DNA from: Neptuniibacter sp.
GTDB taxonomy: Bacteria > Pseudomonadota > Gammaproteobacteria > Pseudomonadales > Balneatricaceae
Assembly: GCA_050633605.1 (NCBI GenBank)
Contig: JBOEGV010000016.1
Location: forward strand, 2,211-66,210
Direction: 5' to 3'
DNA: 64,000 nt
In this document: one piece after another, positions 32,002 to 40,945 of the stretch
Position numbering within the stretch: position 1 is the first letter of the stretch
Layout: every line of letters starts with the position of its first letter
Notes under the pieces: generated by a model
Seen by the model: the letters and a program-made list of their open reading frames with translations, nothing else
Database searches by the model: none
Told to the model about the DNA's origin: nothing
Translations under genes and position numbers: made by a program

Positions 32002-32739
32002 ATGACAACTTACAACGCTAGCAGCAATGGCGGATACGCAGAAATTACTAACATCAGTCTCTGCGATGTCGCCTTAGAACGTGCTATTGAACGCACACAA
32101 TCTCTACCCGGCATGGTGTGCCTGTATGGGCCGTCCGGTTTTGGTAAATCAGTAGCCGCGCTACTGGTAGCCAATAGCCGCCGCGCTTACTACATCCAGG
32201 CAAAAAGCGTGTGGACCAAAAAGCACACTCTCACCGCCATTCTGCATGAAATGGGCATCACACCAGCGGCCACCATACCCCAGATGATGGACCAGGCAGC
32301 GCAAGAACTGGCTATGAGCGGTCGCCCTCTGATCGTAGATGAGATGGATCACTTGGTTGAAAAGAAAGCGGTGGAGCTGATTCGTGATCTCTATGAAGCC
32401 AGCCAAGCCCCAATTCTGTTGATCGGTGAAGAACAACTGCCTAACAAGCTGAAACGCTGGGAACGTTTCCACGGCCGTGTACTGGCTTGGATTCCAGCGC
32501 AGCCAATCAGCCTTGATGATGCGAAAAAGCTACTCCCTATTTATGCCAACGGCATCAACGTTGAAGACGACATGATTGAACACCTGGTGCAGATCTCCGG
32601 TGGCAGTGTTCGCCGTGTAGCCGTCAATCTGGAATCTATCCGCGAAAAGTCAATGGAATACGGCTGGGAAACCGTAGACCGCCGCACCTGGGGCAAGACT
32701 GAACTCTACACTGGCGAAGCGCCAAAACGCCGCATCTAA
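32002..32739 (+). CDS. MuB-like AAA+ transposition ATPase
   Basis: Walker A GPSGFGKS, Walker B LIVDEMD; GGAG RBS before ATG 32002. Confidence 0.92.
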   Translation: MTTYNASSNGGYAEITNISLCDVALERAIERTQSLPGMVCLYGPSGFGKSVAALLVANSRRAYYIQAKSVWTKKHTLTAILHEMGITPAATIPQMMDQAAQELAMSGRPLIVDEMDHLVEKKAVELIRDLYEASQAPILLIGEEQLPNKLKRWERFHGRVLAWIPAQPISLDDAKKLLPIYANGINVEDDMIEHLVQISGGSVRRVAVNLESIREKSMEYGWETVDRRTWGKTELYTGEAPKRRI

Positions 32740-32759
32740 GGACACTAGGGAACAACAGG

Positions 32760-33395
32760 ATGAATACAGCAGTACAACAATCCCCAGCCAAAAACCGAAA
32801 ACCAGCCCAGCTGGAAATGATCGGCGGCAAGTCAGCACGGCAGCGTGTTTGGGAAGAGATCTGCAAGCAGAAGAACGAAGTGTTCTGGCTGAATGATGTT
32901 GCCTTTAAAGCCAATGTTGATGTGAACACTGCACGCACCTATGTACACAGCTTGGTTAAAGGCGAGTACTTAGAAAACGCCCCTGCAGAAGGTCGCAGAA
33001 AGTATCGTTACCGCCAGATAAAACATAACGGTATTGAAGCACCTCGTTTGGATCGCAAGGGCAATCAGGTGAAACAAGGCCTAAGCAGTGAATGCATGTG
33101 GCGAACTTTACGCATCCTGTCAGGTGAGCTGGATGTAACCAAGCTGATTGCTCATGCCTCTGCAAGTGGCATTGATATCCATATTCGTTATGCCAAAGCC
33201 TATATCACCGCTCTGAAAAAGGCTGGCTATCTACATATTACCAAGCCAGGTGGGCCAAACCGTTTGGAAAAGTTCTTCCTTAAACCGGCCATGAATACAG
33301 GACCACGCCCACCCCAAGTGCAACGCGTAAAAACGGTATACGACCCAAACCTTAACAAGGTGATGCACTGCGAAAACCCGGAGGAACTGTCATGA
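32760..33395 (+). CDS. Conserved Mu-like phage protein (tandem wHTH-like)
   Basis: RQRVWEEI, MWRTLR, TGPRPP and VYDPN motifs seen after MuB in transposable phages. Confidence 0.75.
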   Translation: MNTAVQQSPAKNRKPAQLEMIGGKSARQRVWEEICKQKNEVFWLNDVAFKANVDVNTARTYVHSLVKGEYLENAPAEGRRKYRYRQIKHNGIEAPRLDRKGNQVKQGLSSECMWRTLRILSGELDVTKLIAHASASGIDIHIRYAKAYITALKKAGYLHITKPGGPNRLEKFFLKPAMNTGPRPPQVQRVKTVYDPNLNKVMHCENPEELS

Positions 33396-33742
33396 AAATT
33401 GATATTTCCTCATGGGGTGAGCAACCACCGGAGTTTATCCGTGTACTGGCTACCACTGTAGAAAAAACGGGTACTAGAAAAGCGGCTGGAGACTTGATTG
33501 GAATTGATCGCGCTTCCGTTAGCACGCTGCTTTCTAACACCTATCCAGCTAATACAGCTGAGATGGAAAAGAAAATTCTGGCTTTCGGTTCCGGTAAACA
33601 GTGCCCCGTACTGGGGCAAATTAGCGGCGATGAATGCCAAAAAAAACGTGAACAAACGTTCATTAGCAGCAACCCACAACGTGTAGCGCTCTACCGAGCT
33701 TGCAGTAAGTGCGAACACAACCCAATGCGAGGTGAAGTATGA
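33392..33742 (+). CDS. Phage HTH protein with Cys-rich C-terminus
   Basis: HTH-like IGIDRASVSTLL, CPVLG.I....C, C..C..N. Confidence 0.7.
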   Translation: MKIDISSWGEQPPEFIRVLATTVEKTGTRKAAGDLIGIDRASVSTLLSNTYPANTAEMEKKILAFGSGKQCPVLGQISGDECQKKREQTFISSNPQRVALYRACSKCEHNPMRGEV

Positions 33743-34029
33743 ATAAACAAAACCTATTCATTAAGGACCGTTTAGCTCACCTAAACATGACTATCAATAT
33801 CCTGCACGCACTGCATTTAACCGTGCTGGATTTTGAGGTGAAAGATCGTAATCCCGTAATACATATCGCCCCCGGAAAAGGCTGTCAGCAACTACGTGAT
33901 ACACGCACTGTCTGGAAACCAGCAGATAGCGGCATACGCAAAGTGACCAAGGTCGCCAAAGTGGGTGACTGTGAAGTGCGCTGGGATGTACAGGAAGATA
34001 TTCCATTTCAAGGAGCTTCAACATGCTGA
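33739..34029 (+). CDS. Hypothetical phage protein
   Basis: GAGG RBS, ATGA coupling, C-terminal GDCEVRW. Confidence 0.65.
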   Translation: MNKQNLFIKDRLAHLNMTINILHALHLTVLDFEVKDRNPVIHIAPGKGCQQLRDTRTVWKPADSGIRKVTKVAKVGDCEVRWDVQEDIPFQGASTC

Positions 34030-34211
34030 TTTTAACCCGCCGCATAGGCGAGACATTAATGGTTGGTGATGACGTAACCGTCACCGTTCTAGGGGTAAAA
34101 GGTAACCAAGTTCGCATTGGTGTTAATGCACCAAAAGACGTGAGTGTACATCGTGAAGAGATCTACCAACGCATTCAAAAAGAAAAAAAAGAGGGCCAAA
34201 GTGATGCCTGA
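34023..34211 (+). CDS. csrA: Carbon storage regulator CsrA/RsmA (phage-encoded)
   Basis: [51 protein letters not shown], canonical including Arg44; AGGAG RBS. Confidence 0.95.
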   Translation: MLILTRRIGETLMVGDDVTVTVLGVKGNQVRIGVNAPKDVSVHREEIYQRIQKEKKEGQSDA

Positions 34212-34461
34212 ATTTAATCTAATTATCGATCTGCCTGCCAGCCGTCAGGCCGGGCAGATCCGCTTCTGGGGTGTGGCAGAAACCGTCACCACGCCAGATC
34301 CAGCACAAGCCATGCTCGTACCAACCGAACACCTGAACAAATGCTTGCATCGCTACGACAACGGCAGAACAACCCGCGCCGTTCTGCAAAACAAAATAAA
34401 AGAAATGAATGGTGATTATGACCAACTCATCCAACACGAACTTAAGGAGCAAGCAGCATGA
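34204..34461 (+). CDS. Hypothetical phage protein
   Basis: GAGG RBS, start overlaps csrA end. Confidence 0.6.
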   Translation: MPEFNLIIDLPASRQAGQIRFWGVAETVTTPDPAQAMLVPTEHLNKCLHRYDNGRTTRAVLQNKIKEMNGDYDQLIQHELKEQAA

Positions 34462-35087
34462 CCACAATGCAAGTACAGCCCCATATTCCAGAAGGCTTTA
34501 TGCAAGATTCCAAAGGCAGGCTGGTACCAGTAGAGCTGATCGATGAAATCGACACTACCCGTAATGATCTGGTGTTAGAAATCCTGAACAAAGCCGAGCA
34601 GTTGCAGGAGCAATTGCACGACTTTAAAGCCGCCACCCTGGATGATATTGGAGCCTTCATAGACCTAGCTGGAGAGAAGTATCAGATCGCCATCGGCGGT
34701 AAGAAAGGCAACGTCACCCTCACCAGCTACGACGGTCTTTACAAGATTCAACGCGCCATTCAAGAGCACATCGCCTTTGATGAGCGCCTGCAAGCAGCTA
34801 AAGAACTGATCGATCGTTGTATTCACCGCTGGTCGGAAGGCACCCGCTCAGAGCTGCGTGTACTAGTCGATGATGCCTTCCAGGTAGATAAAGAAGGCTT
34901 AATTAACACTGGACGTGTCCTAAGCCTGCGTCGTCACAGCATCGAAGATGAAGAATGGCAACGAGCTATGCAAGCCATCGCAGACAGCATCCAAGTCAGT
35001 GGGTCTAAAACCTATATACGCATCTATAAGCGTTCAGGACCGGACCACAAATGGCAGCCCGTTTCTCTTGATCTAGCAACCGTGTGA
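34458..35087 (+). CDS. DUF3164 family protein
   Basis: G.LVP, GGKKGNVTL.SYDG, FDERLQAAKELID, AFQVDKEG, SKTYIRIY. Confidence 0.9.
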   Translation: MTTMQVQPHIPEGFMQDSKGRLVPVELIDEIDTTRNDLVLEILNKAEQLQEQLHDFKAATLDDIGAFIDLAGEKYQIAIGGKKGNVTLTSYDGLYKIQRAIQEHIAFDERLQAAKELIDRCIHRWSEGTRSELRVLVDDAFQVDKEGLINTGRVLSLRRHSIEDEEWQRAMQAIADSIQVSGSKTYIRIYKRSGPDHKWQPVSLDLATV

Positions 35088-35095
35088 GGTAACTC

Positions 35096-35341
35096 ATGAG
35101 CATCATATCCTCAACCTATCTTGCTTCACGGGTCGCTATGAATGCTCGGCTTACTCAAAGCCAAGCAGAAGCAGCCATTAAAGCTCTAGGGCCAGCCATC
35201 GTGCAAACCCTCAACAGCGATCACGCGATTGAGTTTAAAGGCTTCGGTCTGTTCAAAGTTGAGAAACGCCAGGATGGTAGTAACGGGGTGCACTTTATCC
35301 AAGCAAAAACAGTACGGGAGGCCGTCAATGGTAACGCCTGA
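35096..35341 (+). CDS. Divergent HU/IHF-like protein with shortened arm
   Basis: LTQSQAEAAIKAL...IEFKGFGLFKV...VHF..AKTVREAVN. Confidence 0.65.
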   Translation: MSIISSTYLASRVAMNARLTQSQAEAAIKALGPAIVQTLNSDHAIEFKGFGLFKVEKRQDGSNGVHFIQAKTVREAVNGNA

Positions 35342-35760
35342 ACAGTGGGAACAAATCGAGCAAGAGCTACAAGGTTTCTACGGCAAAGTAACCCTCAAAC
35401 TTCAAGGTCGGGAACTAACATTAATCAATGTCTATGTACTCAGAAAGTAGGCTTGCCATCATTGTATACATAGATGGCCATTATAGCCCTGCCTGGGGAT
35501 TTCCTGAGCATAAAAAAAGAGACCCCTTTGTCGATAAGATCTGGCGCAAACGCACCAAGTCGCTTTATCCACCTAAAAAGAAAGCCCAAATCATCAAGGT
35601 TTGGGGTAAGCGAAAGGCATATAAAGAATTTGAACTGGATAAGAAATACATCCGCTATGAACCGGTTTTTAACACCGCTAAATCCTTAATTCACCAGTAC
35701 AAAAAAATTAAAGATCTCGAATTCGTCAGCATTGGAATTACAACAGGAGAAATAGCATGA
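35328..35760 (+). pseudogene. Phage protein split by a 1-nt frameshift
   Basis: GGAGG RBS plus MVTPEQW frame stops at 35450; removing one base near 35439 joins it to SESRLAIIVYIDG frame. Confidence 0.6.
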
Positions 35761-36020
35761 CCTATGACCCAATGAAAGAAGTAGCGGAAGAAGGTTCGCT
35801 CCAGGAAGAAGCGGCACAGATTATCTCTCAGCTTATTGCCTGGCACGACGGCAGAGTGGAGACACTAAAGCAAACCTCTAATGTAAAAGTGATAAGGCTT
35901 CAGGGTGGCAAGGGTCAAACAATCGAAATTGATGATCCAAAGGTTATCCAGGGATATCAGTTAGGGGTAGAAGCAGCTCTGCAATTGCTTGGCAAATTAC
36001 CTATTTCAATCTCTGAATAA
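35757..36020 (+). CDS. Hypothetical phage protein
   Basis: AGGAG RBS, ATGA coupling, WH and GKLPISI motifs. Confidence 0.7.
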   Translation: MTYDPMKEVAEEGSLQEEAAQIISQLIAWHDGRVETLKQTSNVKVIRLQGGKGQTIEIDDPKVIQGYQLGVEAALQLLGKLPISISE

Positions 36021-36089
36021 GCGAAACACCTTAGTTCTCAGAACAGGGTGTCTATCCAACGTGGCGATTGGGTACTGATGAGCAGCCAC
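36021..36089 (+). ncRNA. Type II hammerhead ribozyme with pseudoknot
   Basis: GC-GAAA-stem III-GUC-stem I-CUGAUGA-GC with all core nucleotides; loop GUGGC pairs with 3' GCCAC. Confidence 0.9.
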
Positions 36090-36108
36090 TAAAACTTGAG
36101 GAAGAACA

Positions 36109-36399
36109 ATGAACAAAGCAGATCTGATTAGCAACATTCAAAGCCAAATGCAGCTAATTGATGACCGGGATGTCAGTAAAGCAGATGTTGAATCCCTACT
36201 GAAATCACTGGAAACAACTATTCACGATGGGCTATGCAATGGCCGTGAAGTTGTCCTTCCAGGAATCGGTAAATTATCTAAAGGTCAGCGGGCAGAGCGC
36301 AAAGGCCGCAACCCACAAACAGGTGAAGAAATCACTATTCCAGCAGCTAATACAGTCAAGTTTAAACCGCTTAAAGCACTGAAAGACGCGATTAATTAA
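36109..36399 (+). CDS. HU family DNA-binding protein
   Basis: MNKADLI, LPGIGKL, RAERKGRNPQTGEEITIPA, VKFKP.KALKDAIN. Confidence 0.93.
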   Translation: MNKADLISNIQSQMQLIDDRDVSKADVESLLKSLETTIHDGLCNGREVVLPGIGKLSKGQRAERKGRNPQTGEEITIPAANTVKFKPLKALKDAIN

Positions 36400-36490
36400 T
36401 GGGTAAAGTGCCGCCCTTACGGGCGGTTAGAAGGGAGCCGTCCGTGGTTCCCGCCATTGATAAGAAAACATCTTAATTTGGAGAACTAAA

Positions 36491-37009
36491 ATGCCATACA
36501 CCCAAATAGAGAAAAGCGTTATCAATACCTTGGGAGAGAACGGCCCTATGGGTATTGCTAGCCTAATGCCTAAGGTGGAAGGGCTAGAAGGTAAAAAGCA
36601 ACTAATTAATGTGCTTGAAAACCTACAAAGCAGAGGCGTCACAAAAAAACAAAGTAATAGCCAATGGGCCATTCTTAAAGTGATTTATGCTCAGCTACAA
36701 AAAGATGGAGACCTAACCGCTACTTCTGAGAAAAAACCATCTCCAAAAAAAGCTCCATTACAGGATATACCTGCTACTGAAGATATTCGTGTGCCGCCGA
36801 AAACCACAAGTGGTCGGAAGACGGCGACCAAATTAAGTATCAGCGACAAGGTTCTGGAAATGATGAGTATCCTGCCTCAGGGGGCAAGTCTCGCTATAAG
36901 CTCCGAAGGAATTAACCTCTTCTGGAATCAAGTAACTCTTGAACCTAATGCAGAAGAACTGGAAGAAGTAATGCAATCACTCCATTGCTTACAAAGATGT
37001 GTTGCGTGA
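36491..37009 (+). CDS. Hypothetical protein (possible N-terminal wHTH)
   Basis: GGAG RBS, flanked by hairpins. Confidence 0.65.
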   Translation: MPYTQIEKSVINTLGENGPMGIASLMPKVEGLEGKKQLINVLENLQSRGVTKKQSNSQWAILKVIYAQLQKDGDLTATSEKKPSPKKAPLQDIPATEDIRVPPKTTSGRKTATKLSISDKVLEMMSILPQGASLAISSEGINLFWNQVTLEPNAEELEEVMQSLHCLQRCVA

Positions 37010-37116
37010 TTTGCTAATTTAAGGGCGCTCTGCGCGCCCTTGTAGTTAGGTTGTAAATTCCCAACCACAAGCGGCTACTGGCTGTTTCTGATTGTGAATT
37101 AACCGAGTAAAGCAAT

Positions 37117-37569
37117 ATGCAGTTAAACCGCTGCCCCGTTTGTCATAGCCGTATTGGCTTAGAGCAACTTGTCCAGGACGAAGCAGGCCGGGATCTACTA
37201 GCACTCATTGCCAAGCAGGACAAAACCACCGGAATGGTTCTAGTCACCTACATTGGCTTGTTCCGATCAACCCGTAGGGATCTGGCAAATGACCGAGCGC
37301 TGCGTCTGGCTAATGAAGCGTTAGAGCTAGCCCCGCCAGCACCGCTTCTAACGGCAATGGCCCAAGTTGTGGAATCGATGAGAGCCAAACAACAGCAAGG
37401 CAATTTTAAGCCTCTGGCCAATCACAACTACTTAAAGCGAGTACTGGAAGGTAGCGGCAACGGCGAAATAATTGCAGCACTGCCAGCTGGCATACCGGCC
37501 AACGATAAACAAACCAGGCGCGCCGCTATTACCGGGCAGGTCATGGATATTAAAGATACAAGTTGGTAA
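37117..37569 (+). CDS. Conserved Mu-like phage protein
   Basis: RCPVCH, YIGLFR...RDLA, PLANHNYLKRV. Confidence 0.75.
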   Translation: MQLNRCPVCHSRIGLEQLVQDEAGRDLLALIAKQDKTTGMVLVTYIGLFRSTRRDLANDRALRLANEALELAPPAPLLTAMAQVVESMRAKQQQGNFKPLANHNYLKRVLEGSGNGEIIAALPAGIPANDKQTRRAAITGQVMDIKDTSW

Positions 37570-37573
37570 CCAA

Positions 37574-38230
37574 ATGAAACCGAAAAAAGACAACCGAAAA
37601 GCAGCCCTAGCCCAGATCCACATAGCGAAAAAACAGCTGGGTATGGATGACGATGTATATCGTGATGCGCTTGAGCAGATCACAGGAAAGCGAAGCTGTA
37701 GTGGTATGCACATTAGCGAGTTGTACCTGGTTATCAAACACATGGAAAAATGCGGTTTCAAAACCAAGCGCCAGTCTCAAAAAACTGGACGCTCTCAGAA
37801 GAAACAATACAGCCCAAAATCCAAAGGCCAAGTTATCGACGTAATGCGTGCGATCTGGATAGAAATGCATCACGAAGGCATCGTGGATGATGGGTCAGAA
37901 ATGGCGCTTACTCGCTGGGCAGAACGCCAGAGCAGCACGTTAAATAGCGGTGTCGGTATTGCAGAACTGGAATGGCTGGAGCGCACAAAACACGTTGGTC
38001 CCGTGCTTGAATCCCTAAAGCAGTGGCGCACCCGTGTATGGAAGAGATGGTTAAAAGAAGATATTCAAGCCATTAACCTACTAATCAGCACAGAAAACCT
38101 GAACCCTGCTGTAGCTATCCAGCGCTTACTGGATGAGCACTACATCATGTACCACGGTGCTTTCTTTGATTACGGCATAGAGCCAGATCCAACATACTGC
38201 AGCAACCGCAAGGAGCTGAAACATGTCTGA
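37574..38230 (+). CDS. gemA: GemA/gp16 (DUF1018) family protein
   Basis: IHIAKKQLGMDDDVYRDAL..ITGKRSC, GF, ESLKQW. Confidence 0.88.
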   Translation: MKPKKDNRKAALAQIHIAKKQLGMDDDVYRDALEQITGKRSCSGMHISELYLVIKHMEKCGFKTKRQSQKTGRSQKKQYSPKSKGQVIDVMRAIWIEMHHEGIVDDGSEMALTRWAERQSSTLNSGVGIAELEWLERTKHVGPVLESLKQWRTRVWKRWLKEDIQAINLLISTENLNPAVAIQRLLDEHYIMYHGAFFDYGIEPDPTYCSNRKELKHV

Positions 38231-38645
38231 AGAGCAGCAAGACCTGCTGAGTGCAACCACCTTCACAGATGATCTCGCCAGCCACCTAGGTGAGATCCCG
38301 GAAGAAGTGCGTAAAAAATGGCCTAAAGATCTGGCAGCACTCATCGATATTTTCAGCGACGAACTGGAACGCCAGGGCTACGCTAAAGAAGAGTCACAAC
38401 GTATTACCCACCGCCTGCTGGCAGCCCAATCCATGTACTGTGGTGGCCGCTACTTCTACCTACCCAAACCCGATGCACTGGAAAAAGCTGTGCGCGATCT
38501 GAACCTGTACAACGACTGGGCAGGGAACAATATGGAACCTTCTGAGCTGACTAAAAAGTATAAAGTCAGCGTTCAGCATGTGTATCGCATTATCAAAGAA
38601 CAGCGGGCATACTATCGGAAAAGGATTCAACCGGAGTTGTTTTAG
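38223..38645 (+). CDS. Mor/C family transcription activator
   Basis: GGRYFYLP, RD..LY, ELTKKYKVS.QHVYRII. Confidence 0.9.
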   Translation: MSEEQQDLLSATTFTDDLASHLGEIPEEVRKKWPKDLAALIDIFSDELERQGYAKEESQRITHRLLAAQSMYCGGRYFYLPKPDALEKAVRDLNLYNDWAGNNMEPSELTKKYKVSVQHVYRIIKEQRAYYRKRIQPELF

Positions 38646-39179
38646 ATGGATATTCAACCTGCTATTAATGTACTACCAGATTGGTTGCAAGTACTAACCG
38701 GTTTATTAGCTCTTTGTATCATTGTGTATCTTAAATTTGGCGAAGCGATATATAAGGCAAGCAAAACATATCTCGATTACACGAAGAAAAAGCATCAACT
38801 AGAGCTTCAGAAACTCCATTATGAAATTGAGCAGATAAAAAAAGATGCAGGTTTGCCTGATCTGCCAATAGAACCTGACGAGAAGCATCAAGCTGAAGGT
38901 AGTGAAACACAAACAATTACTCCTCTCTCTTTTGTGAGCGGGATACTCATTGGTGTTTTTTCGCCGATCATATTGCTTTCAATATATTTAATGGAACAAG
39001 CACCAGCTCTTTTGAATGATCAAGACTTTCTACCTGCCGTGCCCATGATGATGATAGTCGGTGCTTTAGCAGGCCTTTTTTGTCGTTACCCCTTAAAGTT
39101 AACAGGCATTATTGCGCCTGCAGCTTTCAGTATTTTTATTTTGACAACATCGTTCGTATTGATACTTTCTTTCGCTTGA
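38646..39179 (+). CDS. Membrane cargo protein (about 4 TMs)
   Basis: AT-rich ORF with hydrophobic segments and a coiled-coil. Confidence 0.65.
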   Translation: MDIQPAINVLPDWLQVLTGLLALCIIVYLKFGEAIYKASKTYLDYTKKKHQLELQKLHYEIEQIKKDAGLPDLPIEPDEKHQAEGSETQTITPLSFVSGILIGVFSPIILLSIYLMEQAPALLNDQDFLPAVPMMMIVGALAGLFCRYPLKLTGIIAPAAFSIFILTTSFVLILSFA

Positions 39180-39274
39180 TGAAACCTGTTGCTGAGCCTG
39201 CCAATACAATCGGTGAGGTATGATCGGCATACTCTCATAAGACTCATATCTAGCTTTAAACAAGGAGATTTATA

Positions 39275-39859
39275 ATGACAGTGGAATGTGTCGGGCCAGT
39301 AACCTGCTCATGGATGTTTTTAGGCGATAATGTCGCCTCAATTATTGCAGCGTGTGCGATGACCGCGACGTTTTGGCAAGGATATATCACGAGAAAGCAC
39401 AACAGGTTATCAGTAGAACCTTACCTTCATGTTAAAGCAGATCTCGATTGTAAACAGCCAGAGATCTCATTTGACATTATAAATAACGGAGTTGGGCCTG
39501 CATTTATTAATTCAATAAAAATAAGAAGTAACGATAAAACACTGGATACATCAAACTTTCATCAAACTGGTTATGAGCTTTCGACTGAGTTCAAATCTTG
39601 TTTCAAGATTTTGAGTCCAGGAAAGGCTAAGAAAGATGAGTTGCGTGTACTTTTTAGCGTCCACTCTTTAGAGCCTGGAGAACCAATAAAAGCTGGTTCA
39701 AAAATCAACTTACTTTCATTTTGCTTACCCAAAGTTGAAGGATTGAAAGCAGATCTTCTTACTGATCTAGCTACCAGAAAAATTAGTACTCTTACTTTTG
39801 AAATAAAGTATTCATCTTTGTACGGCAAGAGTTTTACATACACATTTAACCAAGGTTAA
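39275..39859 (+). CDS. Cargo protein with N-terminal TM
   Basis: AAGGAG RBS, RKHNRLSV.P and NNGVGPAFI, I.Y.SLYG pattern. Confidence 0.7.
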   Translation: MTVECVGPVTCSWMFLGDNVASIIAACAMTATFWQGYITRKHNRLSVEPYLHVKADLDCKQPEISFDIINNGVGPAFINSIKIRSNDKTLDTSNFHQTGYELSTEFKSCFKILSPGKAKKDELRVLFSVHSLEPGEPIKAGSKINLLSFCLPKVEGLKADLLTDLATRKISTLTFEIKYSSLYGKSFTYTFNQG

Positions 39860-39888
39860 ACCGGCAAAATCACAATCCCCGATAAGCT
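39845..39888 (+). promoter_or_regulatory. Late (lysis) promoter with activator dyad
   Basis: TTTAACC-AA-GGTTAAA dyad; -10-like TAAGCT at 39883. Confidence 0.65.
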
Positions 39889-39935
39889 GGAGTCCTAACG
39901 AAATTTAAGGACTCTAACCTTACCGGGGATTTTTT

Positions 39936-40427
39936 ATGCCTAAAAATTTCTATGAGCATGAACAGCTTCAACGGATAACTGTTGAGCGTTTTTCATCAGA
40001 TAACGACGCAACTCTCAGCCTTATTTTTGTCGATGACCAATTTATCTGCTTCGGTCTTGAAGATGAATTTAGAACTGACAAAGTACCAGCTGAAACCCGT
40101 ATCCCAGCTGGTGAATACGAAGTATCCCTCCGTGTAACCGGCGGTTTCCATAACCGTTACGAGCAAAAGTTTTCAACCTTTCATGAAGGCATGTTGTGGA
40201 TTAGAAATGTTCCCAACTTCCAATATATCCTTATTCATATTGGCAATACCGATGCAGATACTGCAGGTTGCCTATTAGTCGGTGAAGGCGCTTCGACTAG
40301 CGGTGAGTTCCGAATATCAAATTCCACCGATGCTTATAAAAAACTTTACCAAAAGGTATCTAATGCTGCGCATGAGGGGCGATTGGTAATTGAGTTTATA
40401 GACCGCGACCGAGAGGAAAAGTCATGA
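39936..40427 (+). CDS. DUF5675 family protein, probable endolysin by position
   Basis: LEDE, TRIPAGEY, VPNF.YILIHIGN...DTAGCLLVG; first late gene. Confidence 0.75.
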   Translation: MPKNFYEHEQLQRITVERFSSDNDATLSLIFVDDQFICFGLEDEFRTDKVPAETRIPAGEYEVSLRVTGGFHNRYEQKFSTFHEGMLWIRNVPNFQYILIHIGNTDADTAGCLLVGEGASTSGEFRISNSTDAYKKLYQKVSNAAHEGRLVIEFIDRDREEKS

Positions 40428-40945
40428 ACGACTGGAAATCTATAGTACGTAATATCGCCCCGACACTAGGTGCTGCACTTGGTGGCCCAGCAGGAGGCAT
40501 GGCGGTTAAATTCCTTGCAGACAATCTACTTGGTAATGCCGAAGCCTCACAAGCCGATGTTGAGCAATTCATTGCTACCGCTTCCCCAGAACAGATGGCT
40601 GTGCTGAAAAAACTGGACCAAGATTTTGCTATTGCTATGCGCCAGTTAGATATCGATGTTTTTAAAATTGAAAACGAAGATCGTCAAAATGCCCGTGATC
40701 TTTTTAAGGTAAACATCTGGCCGCAAATCATCCTTTCATCCCTCTTTATTCTTGGCTATTTCGGCATTATGGCGGTGCTTATCTACTTCCATAACGCCAA
40801 CATTAATGACCGTATTTTCGGCATTCTCAATACTGTTATTGGGGTGTTAACTGCAGCCATTCCGATGATTCTGCAATTCTGGTTCGGCAGCTCGCAAGGA
40901 TCAAAAGATAAAACCGCACGGCTAAGGACTGATAAAAGTGACTGA
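40424..40945 (+). CDS. Putative holin
   Basis: IAPTLGAALGGP N-terminus, DR..AR, two TMs, FWFGSSQGS. Confidence 0.7.
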   Translation: MNDWKSIVRNIAPTLGAALGGPAGGMAVKFLADNLLGNAEASQADVEQFIATASPEQMAVLKKLDQDFAIAMRQLDIDVFKIENEDRQNARDLFKVNIWPQIILSSLFILGYFGIMAVLIYFHNANINDRIFGILNTVIGVLTAAIPMILQFWFGSSQGSKDKTARLRTDKSD

